A program made the position numbers and the translations under genes. From IMG/VR virus record IMGVR_UViG_3300030329_006012, positions 32,001 through 96,000 of that record: 64,000 nucleotides of DNA; one strand, written 5' to 3'. The stretch comes from a virus. Shown piece after piece: positions 18,924 to 26,552 of the stretch. Numbering within the stretch: position 1 is the first letter of the stretch; every line of letters begins with the position of its first letter. The notes beneath the pieces were generated by a model. That model was not told the origin of the DNA, ran no database searches, and saw nothing but the letters and a program-made list of their open reading frames with translations.

Positions 18924-21900
18924 ATGGTAAGAATCGCTCACATTAGTGATACGCATATACGTAATTTAAAATTTCACAAACAATATAGGGCAGCTTTCGA
19001 AGATATGTATGACAAACTTCGAGAGCTTAAGCCGGATTACATCATTCATTGCGGAGACATTGCACACCGCAAGACAGACATATCGCCGGAACTTGTGGAC
19101 ATGACCACTGACTTCATCAGGGGAATGGCAGACATCGCTCCTACCCATATTATTTTAGGAAACCATGATGGCAACTTGAGGAACGACAGTCGGCAAGATG
19201 CCATCTCCCCGATCATTGCGGCAATGGACAATTCCAATGTGCATCTATATAAAAAATCAGGAGAGTTCGACATTGGAGATGACATTGTACTGAATGTGCT
19301 ATCTGTGTTTGACAAGGACAACTGGATTACCGAGCCGACCAATCTGGATAAGATTAATGTCGCCCTCTATCACGGCCCAGTCGCTGGCTGTAAAACAGAG
19401 ACTGGCTTCATGCTGGAACATGGCGTCAACATTTCTGTCTTGCAGAATTTTGATTATGGCTTGTTGGGCGATATTCACAAGACAAACCAGAAGCTAGACC
19501 ATGAAGGCAGGGTCAGGTATTGTGGATCCACCATTCAGCAAAATCATGGCGAAACAAACGACAAGGGATTTTTGATCTGGGATATCGAAGATGGGGATAA
19601 TTTTTCTGTCACCCACCACCAGATCTTGAATATAAATCCGTTTGTTACGGTGATCTTGACTCCAAAAGGAAAGGTGCCAAAGGGACTGGATATTCCCGAA
19701 GGCTCCCGCGTTCGTATTCGCTCCATGAACCAGATTTCAGTCGGTGCGATGAGAAAAGCACAGGCAGTTATTCAGTCGAAATTTAATCCGGAATCAACGA
19801 CAACTCAAAACAATGTTAGTGGTGTTGTCGGCAGCGTAGAAGATGCAGTGAGGGAAGCTCTAGAAGAGGATCTCCGAGATGAGAAGATACAGGAAAAGCT
19901 AATCACGAACTATCTTAGCGATTTTGAATTGTCTGACGAGATGTTGTCGGAGGTTTTACAGATAAACCGTCGCATGAATACGCTGGCCTCCGCAGAAAAA
20001 GACGAGGTTTCCAGAAACATCCACTGGAAACTGAAGAACCTTGAGTGGGACAACTTGTTTAATTATGGAGAAGGTAACAAGGTGGACTTCCAAAAGCTGT
20101 CTGGCGTTATTGGCATCTTTGGGGAGAACTATTCTGGCAAGAGTAGCACTATTGATTCCCTGTGTTATGCTCTCTTTAATAATACAACAAAGAGCGTTCG
20201 CAAAGCATACAATATAATAAATCAAAACAAAAGCCGGTGTAGAGCCAAGGCAGTTATTGATATTGCTGGCCAAGATTATGTTGTCGAACGCCGCAGCGAG
20301 AAGTATGTCAAGCGTCTCAAGGGCGAAGTTACCAATGAGGCGAAAACAGACGTTGACTTTCTCCTCCTTGATTCATCTGGTGATGCTAGGGAATTAAACG
20401 GAACAACGAGATCGGCAACAGATAAGCAAATTGCAAGGTATTTCGGAAATATAGATGACTTTCTGTTGACCTCTATGTCTTCACAGACAGATTCTTTGAC
20501 CTTTCTTAAAGAAGGCTGCACCAAGAGGAAAGAGATTCTTGCCAAGTTTCTTGATTTGGTTCTTTTTGAGGAGAAGTTTGCACTAGCAAAGACTGAGGCT
20601 TCCGATCTTAAGGGACTCATCAAGGCCCTTGAGGGAAGGGATTATGACCGCGAAATTTTTGATACTGCAGCTGACCTCTACAGAAATGAGGAGTCCCTTG
20701 CAGAACAGAAATCTGACTGTGAGAGGTACAAAGAAGACCTGAAGATAACAAACGATGAGATAGAGACAATCTCTCAGCAGATCGATTCAATACCCTCTGA
20801 CATAATCGATTCAGAGAAGACAAAAAAAATGGTAAAATCCCTCAATAAAGAGTTGGTCGGAATAAAGGATGCCGTCATTTCGACAGAGAAGGATAGGGTA
20901 AAAAATACCCAAGGGCTTGAAAAGATAAACGAATTCTTGTCTACTTTCGATATTGACTTATATAGAAAGACCAGAGAAGAGATTACATCACTGGAGAGGA
21001 AGATCGCCGATCTCTCTGCCGAGGAGGACTCGCTATCAAATACGTTTGCGGTAGCGAAGAAGAAATCCACGCTTCTACGTGAGGTTCCTTGTGGAGACAT
21101 GTTTCTTGGCTGCAAGTTTCTTTCCGATGCATCTGAGGCGAGGGAGAGTCTTCCTGAGTTGGAGGGCAAACTATACTCAATTACCTCAAGAAAGGATGAG
21201 GCTTCTGAGTCTCTGCGCTTGCTTGATACCACCTCTGTGGATTCGAGGATTGATAATTATGAAAAACTTCTCGACAAGAAGGTCGAAAAAGAGAGAGCTA
21301 TCGCAGAGGCATCACTTTTATCAGAAAAACTCATGCTAGAGGCAAAAGAGAAAGAGAGACACATCTCAGATCTTGAGTCAGACATCCAGATTTATGAAGA
21401 TAATATTGAAGCAATTGAAAACCTGGAAACAATGCTGAAGACCAAAGCAACGCTTGAGAAAGAGGCGACGGGCATCATGGAGAACCTTGGGGCCTGCGAG
21501 GAGCAAGTTCTTGAGCTGTATAAGGTGAACGGTTCTCTGGAAGAGAAGCTTGCAGCCCTTGAGAGGGATAAGGAGACCCTAAGCCACAAGAGAGAGGAAT
21601 ATGCTGCGTATGATTATTTTCTTCGATGTATGCATGCACATGGGATTTCCTCTGACATCGTAAAGAGGAGACTTCCTGTTATTAATGCGGAGATTTCCAA
21701 GGTGTTGTCTAATGTGGTTGAGTTCGAGATATTTCTTGAGACAGATGGCCGCAAGCTGGATATCTTAATTAAACATCCCAAGTTTGATCCGAGGCCGATT
21801 GAGCTTGGCTCAGGCGCCGAAAAAACACTCGCCGCCATAGCGATTAGACTAGCCCTTCTCAGTGTTAGTACTCTGCCTCGCGGAGATGTATTCATTCTTG

Positions 21901-22079
21901 ATGAGCCAGGTACAGCACTTGATGAAAACAACATGGAAGGTTTTTCTAGGATTGTTGACATGATCAAGACGCAATTCAACAAGGTTATTTTAATCTCTCA
22001 CCTCGATAGCCTTAAAGACACTGCAGATGTCACAATTGACATAGATAGGAAAGATGGTTTTGCTCATATTGATCAGTAA
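18924..22079 (+). CDS. Fused SbcD/Mre11 nuclease - SbcC/Rad50 ABC ATPase (T4 gp47-gp46-like fusion), 1,051 aa
   Basis: Phosphoesterase motifs DTH, GDIAH, GNHD and GDIHK; Walker A GENYSGKSS; coiled coil; signature LGSGAEK; Walker B FILDEP; H-loop LISH; all in one uninterrupted frame. Confidence 0.92.
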   Translation: MVRIAHISDTHIRNLKFHKQYRAAFEDMYDKLRELKPDYIIHCGDIAHRKTDISPELVDMTTDFIRGMADIAPTHIILGNHDGNLRNDSRQDAISPIIAAMDNSNVHLYKKSGEFDIGDDIVLNVLSVFDKDNWITEPTNLDKINVALYHGPVAGCKTETGFMLEHGVNISVLQNFDYGLLGDIHKTNQKLDHEGRVRYCGSTIQQNHGETNDKGFLIWDIEDGDNFSVTHHQILNINPFVTVILTPKGKVPKGLDIPEGSRVRIRSMNQISVGAMRKAQAVIQSKFNPESTTTQNNVSGVVGSVEDAVREALEEDLRDEKIQEKLITNYLSDFELSDEMLSEVLQINRRMNTLASAEKDEVSRNIHWKLKNLEWDNLFNYGEGNKVDFQKLSGVIGIFGENYSGKSSTIDSLCYALFNNTTKSVRKAYNIINQNKSRCRAKAVIDIAGQDYVVERRSEKYVKRLKGEVTNEAKTDVDFLLLDSSGDARELNGTTRSATDKQIARYFGNIDDFLLTSMSSQTDSLTFLKEGCTKRKEILAKFLDLVLFEEKFALAKTEASDLKGLIKALEGRDYDREIFDTAADLYRNEESLAEQKSDCERYKEDLKITNDEIETISQQIDSIPSDIIDSEKTKKMVKSLNKELVGIKDAVISTEKDRVKNTQGLEKINEFLSTFDIDLYRKTREEITSLERKIADLSAEEDSLSNTFAVAKKKSTLLREVPCGDMFLGCKFLSDASEARESLPELEGKLYSITSRKDEASESLRLLDTTSVDSRIDNYEKLLDKKVEKERAIAEASLLSEKLMLEAKEKERHISDLESDIQIYEDNIEAIENLETMLKTKATLEKEATGIMENLGACEEQVLELYKVNGSLEEKLAALERDKETLSHKREEYAAYDYFLRCMHAHGISSDIVKRRLPVINAEISKVLSNVVEFEIFLETDGRKLDILIKHPKFDPRPIELGSGAEKTLAAIAIRLALLSVSTLPRGDVFILDEPGTALDENNMEGFSRIVDMIKTQFNKVILISHLDSLKDTADVTIDIDRKDGFAHIDQ

Positions 22080-22081
22080 TG

Positions 22082-22089
22082 ACTATTTA
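22082..22089 (+). promoter_or_regulatory. Candidate late-promoter motif ACTATTTA
   Basis: Immediately after the SbcCD stop and 31 nt before the GGAGG-led ATG at 22113. Confidence 0.55.
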
Positions 22090-22112
22090 CTTCTATAGTG
22101 GAGGTGACTATT

Positions 22113-22367
22113 ATGAGCACTGATGAAAAAATTAAATTAGATACAATCGAGGAGAAGATTGACCAAATGACGTCTAAGTCCGGAGTACTGGACAGACTGT
22201 TCAGCAAAGTGGCTTCTCGCAAGTTAATGGTCTGGATGACAGCAACAGCCCTTATGTCTGTTGCGGCACTGGAGTCCGAGCATTGGGTTTGGATTAGTAT
22301 CGTATATCTAGGTGGGCAATCTGCTATTGACATCTTTGAAAGGATCAAGGGGTATAAAAAGCAGTGA
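22113..22367 (+). CDS. Small two-TM membrane protein, holin-like
   Basis: SD GGAGG favours ATG 22113 over the ORF-track GTG 22098. SRKLMVWMTATALMSV and WVWISIVYLGGQSAID are hydrophobic segments followed by a basic C-tail. Confidence 0.5.
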   Translation: MSTDEKIKLDTIEEKIDQMTSKSGVLDRLFSKVASRKLMVWMTATALMSVAALESEHWVWISIVYLGGQSAIDIFERIKGYKKQ

Positions 22368-22996
22368 AGGTTACAGTAACCATATCCAGAAAAAAGGTTC
22401 TGACCAATAAGAGGGGGAAGTCGCTGGTGATGGTTTCTGGTGGACTAGATAGCGTGGCAGCACTTGTGTGGCTTCTTGAAAACACCGATGACCTTATTCA
22501 CGTGCACCATGTAAGGTTGTTTAATTATGAAGACAGATCTACCCCTGAGTACGAGGCATATAAGAATTGTATGAAATATATAGAAGAAAATTATAGACCC
22601 CTGCATTTGGTTACAGAATCGGTCGTCTCTTGGCCAGAGCCGTTTTGCCCGTGGGACATGTACTCTTATATGTTCCAAGGCGCCCTTCTGATAAACTGCT
22701 ATAATCCCGGCTTCAACCCTACGAGGATTGTCACTGGGAGCATCGACGAGGAAGACCCGAACACTAATGTGCACGTTCGACGAGGTGTTTCGTGGGAGAT
22801 GTTTAAGCTTTTGTGCGAACATGCTGTTGAGTGGTATAAGCCGCTGCTTCATATGAAAAAGCCAGAGGTCGCTGCCATTTTGCCAGATGAGCTTCGAAGA
22901 ATGACCTTTTCGTGCCGCTCCCCCATTGTTGAGGACGGCATTTATCGAAGCTGTGGCGAATGCCGTCCCTGCTGGGCCAGAAGGAAAGAGGACTAA
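22364..22996 (+). CDS. Divergent QueC-like (7-cyano-7-deazaguanine synthase family) PP-loop ATPase with Zn site
   Basis: SLVMVSGGLDS PP-loop; PLLHMKKPEVA; TFSC...SCGECRPCWARR zinc motif. Confidence 0.8.
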   Translation: MKVTVTISRKKVLTNKRGKSLVMVSGGLDSVAALVWLLENTDDLIHVHHVRLFNYEDRSTPEYEAYKNCMKYIEENYRPLHLVTESVVSWPEPFCPWDMYSYMFQGALLINCYNPGFNPTRIVTGSIDEEDPNTNVHVRRGVSWEMFKLLCEHAVEWYKPLLHMKKPEVAAILPDELRRMTFSCRSPIVEDGIYRSCGECRPCWARRKED

Positions 22997-23367
22997 TGAT
23001 AAAATTTAAAAAGGCTGTCTTGTTTTTGAAACACTATTGGTATTTCCCTGTCTTGTTCATTGTAGCTGCAGTGGCATTTATTGTCCACAGGAAAAAGGTG
23101 GAGATGCTGATCGACATCTTGGTCGGGTCAATGGAGAGCCACAAGAGAGAGATCGAAGTTTTGAACGAGGCCGAGAGGAAGAAGTCAGAGAGGCTCGAAA
23201 GTGCCGCCCTAGATCATTCGAAAGAATTGCAAGAAATATTTTCAGATGAGGCATTGGCACTTGAAGATGCCGGAAAACAAAAAGAGAAAAGAGAAAAATC
23301 ACTTCAGGAGCTGGAAATGGAGATGCTTGCTGACGAGATGAAGAAGGCTTTTAAGAAAGAGAGTTAA
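22996..23367 (+). CDS. N-terminally membrane-anchored coiled-coil protein (possible i-spanin-like)
   Basis: TAATG coupling gives the start MIKFKK; hydrophobic YWYFPVLFIVAAVAFIV is followed by an E/K-rich helix. Confidence 0.6.
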   Translation: MIKFKKAVLFLKHYWYFPVLFIVAAVAFIVHRKKVEMLIDILVGSMESHKREIEVLNEAERKKSERLESAALDHSKELQEIFSDEALALEDAGKQKEKREKSLQELEMEMLADEMKKAFKKES

Positions 23368-23368
23368 T

Positions 23369-23809
23369 ATGAAGAGGTTAGTTGTGTGTATTCTGTTGTT
23401 TAGTTTCCCGACTTTTGCAACAGATTTGGTGGTAGAGGGAATACGAAAAGGCCAGCCATCCCCTTTTGACGGCGTTGTTATGGATGCAGACACGGCTGCA
23501 AAAGTAATTGCTGAGCGAGAGTATGAGATCAAGAAGTGCGATATTAAGATTGAGCACGAGAAAAAGAAGAAAGATTCTCTTTGCGACTTAAAGACCGAGA
23601 TACTTGATGCTAAACTAAAAGCAGAGGAAGAAAAGAACAATGCCATTACAAAAATCAAAACAGAAGAAATCGAAAGACTTACGAAGGCTCTTGAAAACTC
23701 CTCAACCGACTACAGCGAGTGGTGGTTTGTTGGTGGCTTTTTCGCAGGAATTGTGGCTTCTATCGGGGTGTTTTACGCCGCCGTAAAAACTTCTCAAGGT
23801 GATGTGTGA
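23369..23809 (+). CDS. Secreted coiled-coil protein with C-terminal TM anchor
   Basis: Signal peptide MKRLVVCILLFSFPTFA, a central coiled coil, and C-terminal WWFVGGFFAGIVASIGVFYAA. Confidence 0.65.
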   Translation: MKRLVVCILLFSFPTFATDLVVEGIRKGQPSPFDGVVMDADTAAKVIAEREYEIKKCDIKIEHEKKKKDSLCDLKTEILDAKLKAEEEKNNAITKIKTEEIERLTKALENSSTDYSEWWFVGGFFAGIVASIGVFYAAVKTSQGDV

Positions 23810-24204
23810 AGAAAGATTTAAATGAGATAGCTTCATTGGAAAAAGCCATTTCCCAGAAATACGGAGCAGACACAGTGGTTAATCCAAAATCCACTTGGGA
23901 TGCCGAGAGGGAAGAGGATTATATAGAACAGTTGAAAAAAGTAGCAAAATCAGAAGCTGCGACCTCTAAAAGCCATTCTCAAGTCGAATTAAACGGTTTT
24001 TTGTTATCTCGAAAACTAATTAATAAACGAAGTGAAAGGGTTTGTCCTGTTTGCGACACATATTCTTTCAGCAAAAGAGATGATTTATATATGAATCGTT
24101 TCGAGTGTTGTTTGAAGTGTTACATTAACTTCGTAGAAGACAGAGAAGAAAGATGGGCTACCGGATGGCGGCCCGAAAAATTGGAGAAGAATAGAGATGA
24201 TTAA
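23806..24204 (+). CDS. Hypothetical protein with Zn-finger (CPVC...CCLKC)
   Basis: GTGA overlap with the upstream stop; two CxxC-type pairs. Confidence 0.7.
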   Translation: MKKDLNEIASLEKAISQKYGADTVVNPKSTWDAEREEDYIEQLKKVAKSEAATSKSHSQVELNGFLLSRKLINKRSERVCPVCDTYSFSKRDDLYMNRFECCLKCYINFVEDREERWATGWRPEKLEKNRDD

Positions 24205-24385
24205 AGAAAAATTACAAGAGATTATTGATGTGCTGTCTGCTGCAGATAGAGATACGCAAAAGTTTGATCGCGGAAATGCTACAGCGGGAACCAGAGTTAG
24301 GAAGAACGCAATGGAAGCTATAAAACTACTCAAAGATATGAGAGCCGAAATTATCGACATTCGCAACGAAAGAAAAAACCACTAA
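24197..24385 (+). CDS. Histone H1-like Hc1-family small DNA-binding protein
   Basis: 62-aa helical hairpin with KFDRGNATAGTRVRK, matching the Hc1-family GNxxAGTR(A/V)RK signature. Confidence 0.75.
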   Translation: MIKEKLQEIIDVLSAADRDTQKFDRGNATAGTRVRKNAMEAIKLLKDMRAEIIDIRNERKNH

Positions 24386-24401
24386 TTAGGAGAAAAGTAA
24401 A

Positions 24402-24941
24402 ATGTCAAATATTGGAGATATTGTAAAAGGAATTAATCAAGCTGCAGCTAACGCTCACGACGGCGCGGTGGACGAAGAGGGTGAGCCCTTGGATATTGGA
24501 TTGCACCGCGATAAGCCGACTCCAATAACTGACCGCCGCGTCATGGACGGCTTCGGCGTGTCCATTAATGGTACCACGATGCGTGTAAATTACCACCGCG
24601 AAGTTGCAACCAACGAGGTTATGGACAACCGACTGAAGACGGATATTGAAACATCCATTGAAGAGGTGGCGTCCTTTCTGAAGAAGGAATACAAGAAGAT
24701 AACTGGCGAAGCCTTAAAGCTCAAGAAGTTGCCAGGTGACGTGATTGGAAACGTCCAGTCAACTTCTCGTGTCCGCTCTTGGGTGCAAGCACACTGTGAC
24801 TATGAAATTCAGGGCGCAGACGGCCACAACGTAAAAGACAAAGACGGAATTGATGCCTCTATTAGAACCTTCTTGGAGTTAGGAAAATCCCCCAAGAAGC
24901 CCCAGAACGTATCAATCAGTGCTGCCGCTAACGAAAAATAG
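24402..24941 (+). CDS. Hypothetical protein upstream of TerL (179 aa)
   Basis: SD AGGAG; full-length ORF; no recognised motif. Confidence 0.7.
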   Translation: MSNIGDIVKGINQAAANAHDGAVDEEGEPLDIGLHRDKPTPITDRRVMDGFGVSINGTTMRVNYHREVATNEVMDNRLKTDIETSIEEVASFLKKEYKKITGEALKLKKLPGDVIGNVQSTSRVRSWVQAHCDYEIQGADGHNVKDKDGIDASIRTFLELGKSPKKPQNVSISAAANEK

Positions 24942-24950
24942 GTGACAGCC

Positions 24951-26549
24951 ATGACTGGCTACCAGCTCACAAAAAAGCAGATTATCAAAGAGATCGTTAA
25001 ATGTGGCAAGGATCCGGTCTATTTCACCAACACATACGCAAGGATCTCCCACCCACAACTGGGACAGATCCCTTTCAACACATATGATTTCCAGACCCAA
25101 CTGTTAAGAGACTTCACAGATTATCGATTTAATGTGATCTTGAAAGCGAGGCAGCTGGGCATTTCTACGATCTCTGCAGCCTATATCGCGTGGCTGATGA
25201 TGTTTCACAAAGAGAAGAATGTCCTTGTTGTTGCAACGAAGTTTGGCACCGCATCCAATCTTGTTAAAAAAGTGAAGCAGATTATAAAGAATCTACCAGA
25301 TTGGATGGCAACCGCCAACATTACTATAGATAACAGATCCTCGTTTGAGCTATCGAACGGGTCTCAGATCAAGGCATCTTCGACCTCTGGTGACGCCGGC
25401 CGCTCGGAAGCCCTCTCTCTTTTGGTGGTTGACGAGGCGGCTCACGTCGAAGGTTTGGACGAGTTGTGGATGGGCTTGTATCCTACTCTTTCGACGGGTG
25501 GAACGTGTATTGCCCTCTCAACGCCCAATGGCGTTGGGAACTGGTTCCACAAGACGTTTTCCGACGCAGACGAAAACAGAAACGATTTTCACTCCACCAC
25601 TCTAACTTGGGATGTGCACCCAGACAGAGACAAAGAGTGGTTTGAAAGAGAGACACGGAATATGTCTAGGCGCGACATCGCGCAGGAACTTGAGTGCTCT
25701 TTCCTCGCCTCTGGAGAGTCGGTGATCCACCCTGATGACATAACGAGGCTGGAGGGGTTGGTTGTTGAACCGAAGTACAAGACCGCTTTTGATAGAAATT
25801 TGTGGATCTGGGAGGAGTTCAAGCCGGAGAACTCTTACATTTTAGTTGCCGATGTTGCTCGCGGAGACGGTAAGGACTTTTCGGTATTTAACGTTATCAA
25901 ACTAGAGACGATGGAGGTCGTGGCCGAATATCAGGGGAAACCAAATCTCGAAGCCTTTGCTGGACTACTCAACACTTCCGGCCGCGAATATGGCGACTGC
26001 ATGCTCGTGGTGGAAAATAACAATATTGGCTTCAATATATTGGAAAAACTTGTGGATGTGCAGTACCCAAACCTGTACTATTCAAGCAAGGGATCTCACG
26101 AGTATGTAGACCCCCTTGTTGCTGAAACCAAGTCGTCCGCCATTCCTGGATTCACCACCTCCATGAAGACACGTCCCCTAATCATCGCAAAATTGGAAGA
26201 ATATATTCGTAATAAACTACTTAAAGTGTATTCTATACGCCTAATCAGTGAAATGAGAACGTTTGTATGGAATCATGGACGACCCGAAGCCATGCGTGGC
26301 TACAATGATGATCTTATGATGTCGTTGGCGATTGCATGCTGGGTCCGAGATACGGCAATACTTACTAATAGTAGGTCCGTAGAGTACAGCAAGGCTTGTT
26401 TGGACGCGATGATTGTAACAAATACTAAAATAAACACTAAAATTCCTGGACAAATGGGTTATAATAGTTCATTAGACGCAGATAGATCAAGAAAAAGAGA
26501 AGAAACTATTAAAGAATACCAAGATTACATGTGGCTTTACAAAGGATAG
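24951..26549 (+). CDS. terL: Terminase large subunit (T4 gp17-like)
   Basis: ILKARQLGIST (Walker A region), LVVDEAAH (Walker B), LSTPNG (motif III), nuclease ADVARGDGKDFS and NDDLMMSLA. SD AGGTGA favours ATG 24951. Confidence 0.95.
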   Translation: MTGYQLTKKQIIKEIVKCGKDPVYFTNTYARISHPQLGQIPFNTYDFQTQLLRDFTDYRFNVILKARQLGISTISAAYIAWLMMFHKEKNVLVVATKFGTASNLVKKVKQIIKNLPDWMATANITIDNRSSFELSNGSQIKASSTSGDAGRSEALSLLVVDEAAHVEGLDELWMGLYPTLSTGGTCIALSTPNGVGNWFHKTFSDADENRNDFHSTTLTWDVHPDRDKEWFERETRNMSRRDIAQELECSFLASGESVIHPDDITRLEGLVVEPKYKTAFDRNLWIWEEFKPENSYILVADVARGDGKDFSVFNVIKLETMEVVAEYQGKPNLEAFAGLLNTSGREYGDCMLVVENNNIGFNILEKLVDVQYPNLYYSSKGSHEYVDPLVAETKSSAIPGFTTSMKTRPLIIAKLEEYIRNKLLKVYSIRLISEMRTFVWNHGRPEAMRGYNDDLMMSLAIACWVRDTAILTNSRSVEYSKACLDAMIVTNTKINTKIPGQMGYNSSLDADRSRKREETIKEYQDYMWLYKG

Positions 26550-26552
26550 AAT

